A stretch of 47,611 bases of DNA from Escherichia phage vB_EcoS_swi2. A model generated the notes under the pieces. It had not been told where the DNA came from. It saw nothing but the letters and a program-made list of their open reading frames with translations, and did no database searches. The DNA lies in the sequence record NC_054649.1; one strand, 5' to 3'. Position 1 is the first letter of the stretch, and every line of letters starts with the position of its first letter. Below, one piece after another: positions 30,440 to 39,048 of this stretch. Made by a program: the position numbers and the translations under genes.

Positions 30440-31826
30440 CTTCCGGCGGTGTGTCTTCGCGATAGCTTTCGTCAAGTTCAATCGGCTCCATACCAACCAT
30501 TCCGCGAGCCTCATCGACAGTCAGCAACGCAGATTGACCAGCATCAAAGAACGACTTGTTCGCAGTGGCGAGCTTGGACAGCAACTCCGCTTTATCCAGT
30601 TCTGAAGGCGCAAGCAGGTCATCCCACTTAACCTTGTAGCCATTTGCCGGGGCTTTATCGACAACACCAAACTGAATCATGCGCTCAACGAACATTGAGA
30701 TGACATAATCAACCCATGTTTCGCGGCGCTGCTTGGCTGTCATTGCCTCCTGCATCTTGTCTTCATCGCTCGCAAGGCGTCCGGTTTGCTGGCCAAAAAT
30801 GACGGTGAACGGAAGCGCCATTGATGCAGCGAACTGGTTGGCAGCAACTTCCCATGTGGGTTTTGGGTCGGCTGGCGTTACAGCAAGAACCTTAGCATCA
30901 GCCCCCATTGTGAACATAGCTGCGTCAATCCCGGAGTTCAGTGCCTCAATGTTCTCATTCATGATGTCGGTGAGTTCTTCGATATCGACACCCATTGACT
31001 GCGCAAGGCTTGCTGGTGTTACGTTATCCTTCGTGTAGTTTACCGCCAGTTGACGGCTGGCATTCTTCAGGAACCCTTCCGCTGAGCTACCGGAAACCTT
31101 AGCCATGTCGATAAGGCTATTGTAACCAGCGCGCAGCATTGGGATACCACTGAACATGCTGCCGTCAAAACTACCCTCAGCCAGAATGATGATGCGGTCA
31201 GGATGAATCTGCACTGAACGATCAGGCTTACCGTCGCTGTCGAAGTCTTCCACGGCGCTTTCCTGATATTCGTACATCTCAGGCATTCCGTAGTCTTCGC
31301 TGGTTTCATCGTTATTCCACGCACTGACTCGTAGTTGCTCCTCCCACACAGGAATAAAGCGAACGATGGATTTATCTTTAATACGTCTGGTTTTGGTGAT
31401 GTCAACAGGCTCGCTCCACTGGCGACCATCGCGGATTTGCAGGATAACGGCGGAATAGCGGTTGATGGCGTTACGCTTGTCAGCCTCCTTGATAAACGGA
31501 TAGGCTCGCTTCATCATGTCGTTGATGGACAATTCCCACGGCGTTGAATTCTTGTCATCCTCGCCATCTTCGACAACTTCAGGGTATTTCTGCCAGCATT
31601 TATTAATAATACGGTTAATGCCAGCGGCTGCGGCTGGGTGTCGCTCATAGGCGTAGCGGAACATCTCGGCGGTGATCTCCTGCGGGTAGCCGCATTCCGT
31701 CCAGAGTCTGTCGTGCTTCTGGTCGAGATTCTTCCCACCAGCACAAAGCCGTTGCTGCTGAAGCGCCCGGTTATTGTTCGCCACGCGGTCGCGTATATAG
31801 GCGTTTAATGCATCAATTTTGGACAT
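30414..31826 (-). CDS. Portal protein
   Basis: 470 aa ORF, acidic C-terminus, position between terminase and head morphogenesis genes. Confidence 0.55.
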   Translation of the reverse strand: MSKIDALNAYIRDRVANNNRALQQQRLCAGGKNLDQKHDRLWTECGYPQEITAEMFRYAYERHPAAAAGINRIINKCWQKYPEVVEDGEDDKNSTPWELSINDMMKRAYPFIKEADKRNAINRYSAVILQIRDGRQWSEPVDITKTRRIKDKSIVRFIPVWEEQLRVSAWNNDETSEDYGMPEMYEYQESAVEDFDSDGKPDRSVQIHPDRIIILAEGSFDGSMFSGIPMLRAGYNSLIDMAKVSGSSAEGFLKNASRQLAVNYTKDNVTPASLAQSMGVDIEELTDIMNENIEALNSGIDAAMFTMGADAKVLAVTPADPKPTWEVAANQFAASMALPFTVIFGQQTGRLASDEDKMQEAMTAKQRRETWVDYVISMFVERMIQFGVVDKAPANGYKVKWDDLLAPSELDKAELLSKLATANKSFFDAGQSALLTVDEARGMVGMEPIELDESYREDTPPEDENEDTPV

Positions 31827-31871
31827 ATGTCACCGATAAAAAATCCCTCACGATGGAGGGATTATAGCATG

Positions 31872-32120
31872 TCACTTGTTGCGATTTCGGTTTCTGTATG
31901 CCGGATAGAATTTTGACAGAGGCCACACCCAGAATTTCCAAAGCATCTCATCGTAGCTTGGTAGTGCCTCATGGAATCGCTTGCCGGCTGCGTATCCATC
32001 AGGGTCTCCTTCATAGAAGAACTTTATAAACCCAATTCTCGCGTCAGCGACCGCGCTATTTCTAATAAACATATAAGCAAAGAACGCCATAACAACAAAG
32101 CCGATAATAATAGTCACCAT
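31872..32120 (-). CDS. Small membrane protein
   Basis: Start at MVTIIIGFVVMAFFAYMF with AGAGGTG RBS. Confidence 0.35.
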   Translation of the reverse strand: MVTIIIGFVVMAFFAYMFIRNSAVADARIGFIKFFYEGDPDGYAAGKRFHEALPSYDEMLWKFWVWPLSKFYPAYRNRNRNK

Positions 32121-32130
32121 AGTCACACCT

Positions 32131-32292
32131 CTATTTGAAATACTGATACAGCAAGCATGGCACAACACCAGTCACCACAGCGAAAAATGAACCAACTATA
32201 AAGTGAATCCATCTCGGATCATTCACTTCTGCAGCCATAGCCCACCAGAACATAAAGTTTAGTGGAATCCAGAACGACCAGAATAGTGCCAT
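32131..32292 (-). CDS. Small membrane protein
   Basis: 53 aa hydrophobic ORF not in track; GGTGGAG RBS; start overlaps upstream stop. Confidence 0.3.
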   Translation of the reverse strand: MALFWSFWIPLNFMFWWAMAAEVNDPRWIHFIVGSFFAVVTGVVPCLLYQYFK

Positions 32293-32483
32293 CACTCCAC
32301 CTTTTCGAATTTGTCGATTACTACTTTGATGCCTTGAGATGTTAGAGATGACACCATATCATTACGCCAGAAATTCTCTAGAGCATCAACTGCGTTGGTG
32401 GCAACCATCACTCCACTTAACTTTTCTGCCGCACAGTCATTATTAACAAAGACTTCCGCATGAATAAAATAAACACTCATCAC
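32292..32483 (-). CDS. Hypothetical protein
   Basis: 63 aa ORF. Confidence 0.3.
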   Translation of the reverse strand: MMSVYFIHAEVFVNNDCAAEKLSGVMVATNAVDALENFWRNDMVSSLTSQGIKVVIDKFEKVE

Positions 32484-32649
32484 TCAATCTCATCACCATT
32501 TACCCAGCTTTGCAGGACTTCGATAAGCTGCGCGGCTTGTTTTTTATCAAGCTGAACCCAGTCGTCGCATTGCCTTAAATTTATTACTAGTTCTGTATTT
32601 ATATACAGACTGTGGCATTCATTTGTTTTTTCAATAATCATCACTCACA

Positions 32650-33093
32650 TCAACAAAGTTCACCATCAGTTACCATTAATAACTTCTGCCATTTGGCTAC
32701 TGGCTTGCACAGTTCAGCCTTTAGCCTGCTTAACGAACCTGTAATATCACTCCATTCAGTGAACGGAACGTATCGCACAAACCGGTAATCAGCACCAGAC
32801 CAGTGCCAGCCGAGCGTGTAATCAACATAAGAGCCGTCTGACTGCATGTTGATGTAATGAGCTGTTGCGCCATCATCATTAATCATAACCACCTCAACCA
32901 CTGCGCACGAACCACCATCGCGAGCCTTGTTTACTGCATTCAGATGACAGGCATGATTGTACAGTCCGGCGCCGTCGATGAATGATATATCAATCTTTTT
33001 GGTGTATTTCTTGTCCGCAGCGTCGCGGATTATTTTCTTTAATTTATTTCTGAACATGATTAATCCACCATGCGGCAATGTCATCACCGGCAA
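32650..33093 (-). CDS. Hypothetical protein
   Basis: 147 aa ORF. Confidence 0.4.
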   Translation of the reverse strand: MPVMTLPHGGLIMFRNKLKKIIRDAADKKYTKKIDISFIDGAGLYNHACHLNAVNKARDGGSCAVVEVVMINDDGATAHYINMQSDGSYVDYTLGWHWSGADYRFVRYVPFTEWSDITGSLSRLKAELCKPVAKWQKLLMVTDGELC

Positions 33094-33365
33094 ATCTTGA
33101 CCACATAGTCAATCTTGTTTGCATTAAAATGGACATCTTTAAATGCAGCCTCTACACTTTGATAAGTGCCATTATTTCTGCGAACGCCCAACTTCTTGGC
33201 AATAACCATTGATTTACCAGTCTCTGGCACAGCAATCCAATTGCCACAATCAATTAGCACATCACAGCCAAATACCAATCTGTGACGGGCTTTGCGATGA
33301 ACATGCAATCCACCAATGCGCTTCGGTATAATCTGACCTTTTTTAAATAGTTCGCCACTCATCAT
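33084..33365 (-). CDS. Hypothetical protein
   Basis: 93 aa ORF. Confidence 0.4.
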   Translation of the reverse strand: MMSGELFKKGQIIPKRIGGLHVHRKARHRLVFGCDVLIDCGNWIAVPETGKSMVIAKKLGVRRNNGTYQSVEAAFKDVHFNANKIDYVVKICR

Positions 33366-33366
33366 G

Positions 33367-33573
33367 TTACCCTCTCAAAAAATCATTCTTGCAGCAGATA
33401 CCTTTGTACCCGCGCTTCTCTTGCAGGTTAACGAAAACATCATCCAGAACGCGCAGCAGGAAATCCTCGTCGATATCATACCGACGGCAAATCACATCAT
33501 CAGGCACGCCAGCGCGCGCCAGTGAATAAACCTGCTCTTTTTCCTCCTGTGTGAATCCTGCATAGCTGCGCAT
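33367..33573 (-). CDS. Hypothetical protein
   Basis: 68 aa ORF. Confidence 0.4.
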   Translation of the reverse strand: MRSYAGFTQEEKEQVYSLARAGVPDDVICRRYDIDEDFLLRVLDDVFVNLQEKRGYKGICCKNDFLRG

Positions 33574-33670
33574 AGTGGTATCTCCGGTAAGCCTGATGTA
33601 GATATACTATGCGCTCGGTGTAGATTGGTCAAGTGTGGTGATGCGGATTTATCAACAATAATAATAAATG

Positions 33671-33699
33671 TTGAAGTGGATATAGTGGTGATGTAGAAT
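33671..33699 (+). promoter_or_regulatory. Sigma70-type promoter TTGAAG-N17-TAGAAT
   Basis: Spacer ends ggtgatg, -10 TAGAAT 33694-33699; three more copies of the TGATGTAGA motif lie within 100 bp upstream. Confidence 0.5.
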
Positions 33700-33733
33700 C
33701 ATCTTATCGACAAGAGATTAAGGAACAAAAGAA

Positions 33734-33889
33734 ATGTTTGAGACTAAAAAAGAATGCGAAGCGTACATTGCCGAAACTTATGGTGCTGATTACGTTAAAT
33801 TTGGCATCGTTACCGCCCAGAAGGTTGGCCCAACAGTCGCCAAGATGCTTGGCATCAAAGAAGGTTACTACCCATCAAATGCCTACTAA
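33734..33889 (+). CDS. Small hypothetical protein
   Basis: 51 aa ATG-initiated ORF (MFETKKECEAYIAETYG...) with upstream AAGGAAC; preferred over TTG-initiated track ORF. Confidence 0.35.
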   Translation: MFETKKECEAYIAETYGADYVKFGIVTAQKVGPTVAKMLGIKEGYYPSNAY

Positions 33890-33893
33890 TTAC

Positions 33894-34091
33894 ATGCCGA
33901 GATGCCTTCGTGAAATACCGAAGGCGAAAGTTAAACCAAGAAATCAAGCGATAAAAGAGGCAAAAATTGAGGCTTTCAATATTGCCATTTCGATAATAAA
34001 AGACAGATGCAGAAATGAAAAGTCTGAACGCATTAAATCAAACATGTATGCAGCTGTGAGTGATATATCAAGATTGAGAGATGAGCTTTAA
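33894..34091 (+). CDS. Small basic hypothetical protein
   Basis: 65 aa ATG-initiated ORF in frame of track ORF 33738..34091. Confidence 0.3.
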   Translation: MPRCLREIPKAKVKPRNQAIKEAKIEAFNIAISIIKDRCRNEKSERIKSNMYAAVSDISRLRDEL

Positions 34092-34117
34092 GCCCTCGAA
34101 TGAGGGCTTTATTTTAT
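34090..34117. terminator. Bidirectional terminator hairpin
   Basis: agccctc gaat gagggct followed by TTTATTTTAT. Confidence 0.55.
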
Positions 34118-35538
34118 CGCCTGCGCCGGATTAGCATTCCACTACCGCGCTGAACTATATGGTCATTAAGTGCGTAACGAACCGCGTCCCAATAGTGGTT
34201 GTATGCATCAACAATATCAGTCAGCACATTCCCTGTCAGCTTATCAACTTTGTAGCTGTACATTACCGCCTCATTCTGCATCTCCTTGCATCGCTCATGA
34301 ATGATGATGCTGTCACAGCCACGCAGCCACGTTACACCATCCTCAACGCTTCCCGGCCATTTCGTGCACGGGTGGATATCGAATCCAGAACGCTTGATGT
34401 GACTGATGGTTTCAGGTCGAGCGCAGTCGGCATACCATCGTGCGCGCTTAGCCATCGGGAATGATTGCTCCATCGCAGCCGGTGTATCGGTAATCTCAAG
34501 CCCCACCTTGCCGTACTCGCGATTAATATAAATGTTGCGCCGCCCACCTGGTAACTCCTCGATGTAAACCTCAACCATCGCGGTAGGGTCCGTGCTGAAT
34601 CCGAAGTCCATCCCGAAATATGGGCCATGCCATTCAGGTTTGACCTCGAAGTTATCAATTCGCCACTTGCCGCCGAAGACCTGTTCGTCGCTACGCTTGT
34701 TGAACTTGCCTTCCCATATCCACATGTAGCGGTCGAAATCGACGCGCTTCATTTGCTCCATAGCGGATGGCAACGGCGTATCCCAGAACCACGGGTTGTC
34801 TGAATAGTTACATTCGATAATCAGAATTTCATCATTTTCGAAGATGCCATCAACCATCTGTGAGTGATAGGGGGCAATCCAGTTTTTCCATGTGGGGTCT
34901 GTTTCCTTGTTTGGGTTGAATGAGCACCACAGTTCGGAATTGGCAGCACGGATGGTAGGCACAAGAATATCCCAGCTTGTCTGGCTGACGTTCTCTGCTT
35001 CCTCTACCCAACCGACGGTAATCCCAGCAAAACCCTTAACTGTAGTCTGATTGCGATACAACCCCTTAAAGCGAAATTTGGCCTTAGTCTTTTTGTGTGT
35101 TATCTCGTTGTTGATAACGCGAAACTCTGCCGATTCACCCTTGCGGGCTATCTCATCAACAAGCTCCTGATAGCTTGAGTCTTCAATGGATTGCTGAATC
35201 TCACGAAAACAGGCAAAGCGGTCAGGGCGAAACCTTGCGCGCTCAGTGAGTATAGTGATAATCGTTCTTGTCTTGCCTGACCCGCGGCCACCGTAGATAA
35301 ACTTGAATCGTTTTGGGTAAAGCAGGCGCTCCAGTTTTGCGGGAATCAGGTGGTCAGCATGAGTGGTTGCATTTGTCACGTCATCAACGCCAGTGGCGGT
35401 CATCCTTAGCCGTTTGATGACGTTTTTCTGTATGTCGCAGATGCCAAAAATGGCTGACTCGGCGACATCTGTCATTTCATCATCAATCTGCGCTTCCAGC
35501 TTTTCGATTGCCAGCGCGGAGAGGCGTTTACGAGCCAT
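34114..35538 (-). CDS. Terminase large subunit
   Basis: Walker A YGGRGSGKT near N-terminus, 474 aa, position upstream of portal. Confidence 0.85.
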   Translation of the reverse strand: MARKRLSALAIEKLEAQIDDEMTDVAESAIFGICDIQKNVIKRLRMTATGVDDVTNATTHADHLIPAKLERLLYPKRFKFIYGGRGSGKTRTIITILTERARFRPDRFACFREIQQSIEDSSYQELVDEIARKGESAEFRVINNEITHKKTKAKFRFKGLYRNQTTVKGFAGITVGWVEEAENVSQTSWDILVPTIRAANSELWCSFNPNKETDPTWKNWIAPYHSQMVDGIFENDEILIIECNYSDNPWFWDTPLPSAMEQMKRVDFDRYMWIWEGKFNKRSDEQVFGGKWRIDNFEVKPEWHGPYFGMDFGFSTDPTAMVEVYIEELPGGRRNIYINREYGKVGLEITDTPAAMEQSFPMAKRARWYADCARPETISHIKRSGFDIHPCTKWPGSVEDGVTWLRGCDSIIIHERCKEMQNEAVMYSYKVDKLTGNVLTDIVDAYNHYWDAVRYALNDHIVQRGSGMLIRRRR

Positions 35539-35666
35539 TGGCTAGCCCCTGAAGGATAGTTGCCACCTCTTCATCGCTCATTGCTTTGTCAAATGTAACG
35601 CTGCGAGCACTGCTGTTGCGTGGCAATAGCACCTCATCACATTTTGATTTATAGTTATTTGCTTCA

Positions 35667-36086
35667 TCATCCATTCTGCTGCTCCAGCAATTTCTCCAGT
35701 CGCTCAAGGCGCGCGGCGAGTTCGGTAACTTCGGCAATATCCAGTCCCGTCCTGATAACCTCAGCAAACGTTTTACCAATGTCCACAGGTATAACGCCAG
35801 CGGCTATGCCACGAATAACAGCATCAATCTTCTCGACTGGAGTTCCGTCATCAGGGAAATCCACCTCAAACACTGGTGCTACAGGCTTAGGCAGCGGACT
35901 GAATCGAACGATAAGCTCCTTCATCATTGACGTGTCACGCTCAATCATCGCCATCTCAACGATGGTGTCATAGAGCTTTTCCTCACTAAACCCCTTCCGC
36001 TCAAGAGCTTCAACGAGCAACTTGCGCTTATCTTTTCCGCGTTTATTTTGTGGTTGATTTTCTTTACTGAATAGCTTTTTAGCCAT
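35667..36086 (-). CDS. Putative terminase small subunit
   Basis: 139 aa basic N-terminus and C-terminal coiled-coil, immediately upstream of large subunit. Confidence 0.45.
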   Translation of the reverse strand: MAKKLFSKENQPQNKRGKDKRKLLVEALERKGFSEEKLYDTIVEMAMIERDTSMMKELIVRFSPLPKPVAPVFEVDFPDDGTPVEKIDAVIRGIAAGVIPVDIGKTFAEVIRTGLDIAEVTELAARLERLEKLLEQQNG

Positions 36087-36163
36087 AGATAAAACCTATC
36101 AATATTCCGCTTTTTTTCCGTTATTCGATATTGTAACAGATTCTACACCATGACGTTAATGGC

Positions 36164-36190
36164 AAAAAAAGAACCCGCACAAGGCGGGTT
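36164..36190 (-). terminator. Minus-strand rho-independent terminator separating early-left genes from packaging genes
   Basis: aacccgc / gcgggtt stem followed on minus strand by CTTTTTTT. Confidence 0.6.
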
Positions 36191-36394
36191 AAAGGTTGGG
36201 TGATGATATGAGTGAAGCAATGGTGGTTATGCGTTTATTGTACACCATCACTATCACGCTTGCCAGCATAGCACCATGCGTTTTCTGTTTGCGTCTGCAC
36301 ATGAACGATTTCAAGCGCATCAGGGAATGTCTTTGCCACCTTAGCGATGAAATCGTCCAGTTCGTGCTGTTTCGCGAGTTGCCAAACTTTCTGT

Positions 36395-36574
36395 TTAGTG
36401 GTTTGCATTAGCATAATCTCTCGTTGAGCACATGCACTTAATGTTATGCACGCCGTTATCAGGCACAACCTCAATGCGATTGCCGAGCTGCACCATCATG
36501 TAATGACAGGTCATCATGCAATCCCAGTAGCGTTTCCACATAAATTCCATTGCGGCGTTGATGTCGTCAAACAT
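36395..36574 (-). CDS. Small Cys/Met-rich hypothetical protein
   Basis: First ATG of the track ORF. Confidence 0.3.
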   Translation of the reverse strand: MFDDINAAMEFMWKRYWDCMMTCHYMMVQLGNRIEVVPDNGVHNIKCMCSTRDYANANH

Positions 36575-36674
36575 AATGCACAACTCCTGCAATAGCTGCT
36601 ACCAGCGCCAAAACATAAACAGCAAGGAAAATTTTAGCGCCAGTGGTGTATCGGCGTCGTTGGTGTTTGGTCAT
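36567..36674 (-). CDS. Small transmembrane peptide
   Basis: 35 aa ORF MTKHQRRRYTTGAKIFLAVYVLALVAAIAGVVHYV with GGAGAT RBS; not in track. Confidence 0.3.
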   Translation of the reverse strand: MTKHQRRRYTTGAKIFLAVYVLALVAAIAGVVHYV

Positions 36675-36720
36675 CTCAATATCTCCACTAAAGCGTGCGC
36701 CACATAGAGCGCACTGATAA

Positions 36721-37038
36721 TTAATATGAACGGGTACTATTCACTTTTAGCCAGGCTTTCGAATTGCTGAGCGCGATGTCAAACTGAAACCTCTTGACAA
36801 CATCGTCAAACATGACAAATTCGCCTTCATGGTCTTCAGTCATGTCAGCACAGCAGTTCGGACTGAATGTGTCGCAACCACCAGTATTAAGATCGTATCG
36901 CTTGAGTTTTACGATATTTGATAAATTAAGCGCCAATACAGCAAGGTCATAAACCTCTTCGGCGGTATAACCTGCACCATGTCCATACATTTTAATGCGC
37001 GATATTATTTCTTCTACTCTTTGTTTTGTGATTGTCAT
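36721..37038 (-). CDS. Hypothetical protein
   Basis: 105 aa ORF. Confidence 0.4.
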   Translation of the reverse strand: MTITKQRVEEIISRIKMYGHGAGYTAEEVYDLAVLALNLSNIVKLKRYDLNTGGCDTFSPNCCADMTEDHEGEFVMFDDVVKRFQFDIALSNSKAWLKVNSTRSY

Positions 37039-37451
37039 TTTTTATCAACTCCTTTACGAAGCTGGGCGGCGAACTCGTTAAGTGATATGTAGCAATCTCC
37101 AAATGTTAACGAACCGCTCGACTGCATATGCTCCATAGCCATCTCCACTCCCTGCGCCCGTACTTCAGCCAGGAAGGCGTCGGTTGCTGGTGTTTTGTTG
37201 TCGCACATCAATTCAATCGCGTCGTTCCCATCAAGATTGCAGAACTCCCATGCTGACGAATAGAACTCGATGCCAGGCCAGACCAAGATTCTATTCATTT
37301 TGTCATTTAGTGTCGCATTCTCCGCTGCCAACGCAGCGCATTTAGCTTCGAGTTCCGCGTAGTCCTCGTAATTAACATAAGCACCATCGCCACACTCATC
37401 CATAGACATGCTACCAAAAGCAGAAATGTCATAACGCTTAACTTCACTCAT
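37035..37451 (-). CDS. Hypothetical acidic protein
   Basis: 138 aa ORF. Confidence 0.4.
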   Translation of the reverse strand: MSEVKRYDISAFGSMSMDECGDGAYVNYEDYAELEAKCAALAAENATLNDKMNRILVWPGIEFYSSAWEFCNLDGNDAIELMCDNKTPATDAFLAEVRAQGVEMAMEHMQSSGSLTFGDCYISLNEFAAQLRKGVDKK

Positions 37452-37681
37452 ACCCTAACCCCAATAATTTCTTCATAATAACCATCTTCTTCAAACTCAA
37501 TCTTTGCGATTGTGAGAGCATCCTCATCTGTGATGTCAATTGCTTTGAATTTGCACTTTGCCAGCACAATGCAGCCTGACAGGATTAACCACTTATTCCA
37601 CCAGCGCGCTCGCTTGACTGTCTTGCACGCATACATTGCGTTCCGCACAAACCAGAACTCATATGTTTTTACTTTTGCCAT
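37448..37681 (-). CDS. Hypothetical protein
   Basis: 77 aa ORF. Confidence 0.4.
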   Translation of the reverse strand: MAKVKTYEFWFVRNAMYACKTVKRARWWNKWLILSGCIVLAKCKFKAIDITDEDALTIAKIEFEEDGYYEEIIGVRV

Positions 37682-37717
37682 ATCATCACCATTAAAAATA
37701 AGAGAGCTGAATCGATA

Positions 37718-37900
37718 TCAGAATACGATAATCAACTCATCCATTACTCTTCGCTTACCTTCACCATTAAAAACGCGCACAACGCGATTTACGCGAATAG
37801 ATTCCATTGCATTACGTGCTTTCTTGCTCATAAAGTTCTGCGCGCCAACGTGTCCAAGTTCTTGTTCCAGCTTCTCGCGACGATAGATAGTTTTTGCCAT
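37718..37900 (-). CDS. Small basic hypothetical protein
   Basis: 60 aa ORF. Confidence 0.35.
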   Translation of the reverse strand: MAKTIYRREKLEQELGHVGAQNFMSKKARNAMESIRVNRVVRVFNGEGKRRVMDELIIVF

Positions 37901-38080
37901 TTATTTCGCCTCGCAAGAGTTAGTGATTGACTTAATGCGACGGCGATACAGCTGCATTATGTGCTCGTTATGCCAGTTGCTCATTCTGTTACTCCTTATA
38001 ACCTGATTTGGAAACTGCTACTGCGATAATGATGAGCGCCACGATAACCAGACTGGCGATAATTTCAAATGATGCGCCTG

Positions 38081-38227
38081 TCATTTGCTCAACCCATACG
38101 CTGAGATTAAAGCCTGCATTGCTGCGTTCCAGAATGCTTCAGCAGGAATGCTGTTGTTTGTGCGCTCAACTGCAATGCGTGCCATAGCCTGCGCATCTTC
38201 AAATTCTTCACGGTCTTTGATTTTCAT
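38081..38227 (-). CDS. Small hypothetical protein, first gene of leftward early operon
   Basis: 48 aa ORF with GAGGGTGA RBS directly downstream of minus-strand promoter; not in track. Confidence 0.4.
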   Translation of the reverse strand: MKIKDREEFEDAQAMARIAVERTNNSIPAEAFWNAAMQALISAYGLSK

Positions 38228-38257
38228 CTCTTCACCCTCGTTTGTTCCGATGAGTTC

Positions 38258-38286
38258 AATCTACATCAACGATGATTCTACGTCAA
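38258..38286 (-). promoter_or_regulatory. Sigma70-type promoter on minus strand, TTGACG-N17-TAGATT
   Basis: Minus strand reads TTGACGTAGAATCATCGTTGATGTAGATT; drives leftward early genes. Confidence 0.6.
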
Positions 38287-38292
38287 CAGCAA

Positions 38293-38675
38293 GTTACCCA
38301 AATAACGCAAAATCCGGTAACTCGGAACATAAAAACCGGTAACTGTTACAAATCAATTACTTATGTTGTTTTATACCATTTTTGCCATTAAAAAGTTACC
38401 GGAGTTACCGGTCGTCCGGTAACTTGAAACCCGCGAACAGCAAGGCTCTCAGGCGAGTTACCGGATTTACCGGGTAACTCCTTACATATATAAAAGGGTT
38501 GAATTTCTTATTATATATATGATTTATAAGCATTTTATTCAATTTTGATACAAATTCTCATTTTTGAAATTTTTATAGACTCATATGCAAAAAATCCGGT
38601 AACTCCGGTAACTCTATATCTATCAGTAACTTGCATCGGTAACTGATCGGTAAAAACCCGGTAACTCCGGTAACT
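38293..38675. repeat. Iteron array: at least 12 copies of CCGGTAACT / AGTTACCGG in both orientations flanking an AT-rich core (putative origin or operator region)
   Basis: Copies at 38314, 38336, 38395, 38403, 38416, 38456, 38471, 38596, 38605, 38637, 38658, 38667 plus variants; AT-rich about 100 bp at 38485-38590; no ORF. Confidence 0.7.
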
Positions 38676-38715
38676 ACTGTAAAGATGTGTAAGTTAGAAC
38701 GTTATCTTGCTGTCG

Positions 38716-38744
38716 TTGACGTGTACATAATATTCATGTATATT
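38716..38744 (+). promoter_or_regulatory. Sigma70-type promoter TTGACG-N17-TATATT for rightward replication operon
   Basis: -35 38716-38721, -10 38739-38744, AAGGAGGA RBS and ATG at 38770. Confidence 0.55.
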
Positions 38745-38769
38745 TTTTACATCACAAAAGGAGGACTGA

Positions 38770-39048
38770 ATGTACCCAGATGGCACTAAATTAATGTTTG
38801 CATACGAGCTGTTATCTTCAATGAAATCTGGAGAACTGGTTGGTATTCACTTCGAGAATGAATACTCAAGCGAAATAATCAAAGGAGAAAAGGAAAATTG
38901 CTGTTGTGTAGTGATCGATGAAAAGTACCGCATGACGCACAACATGTTCAGGTCTTACTGCACCAGAATAGCCAATGAACAAGGTATGGTCATCAAAACA
39001 AAAACCAGTGAAAGCAAAAAATTCATGTATATCTGGAGAGTCCTCTGA
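38770..39048 (+). CDS. Hypothetical protein, first gene of rightward operon
   Basis: 92 aa ORF with strong RBS. Confidence 0.45.
   Translation: MYPDGTKLMFAYELLSSMKSGELVGIHFENEYSSEIIKGEKENCCCVVIDEKYRMTHNMFRSYCTRIANEQGMVIKTKTSESKKFMYIWRVL

Noticed and set aside
33738-34091. 117 aa TTG-initiated ORF from the track
   Set aside because: No RBS for the TTG start; two shorter ATG-initiated ORFs (33734..33889 and 33894..34091) explain the region better, though both remain low confidence.
35528-35779. 83 aa ORF overlapping the terminase small subunit gene and the large subunit start
   Set aside because: Mostly out-of-frame overlap with the better-supported small subunit ORF; only a possible 48 aa internal-start product would fit the gap, and it has no clear RBS.
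38293-38675. CRISPR array
   Set aside because: Repeats are only 9 bp, occur in both orientations with irregular spacing and no spacer-like unique units; this is an iteron/operator array, not CRISPR.
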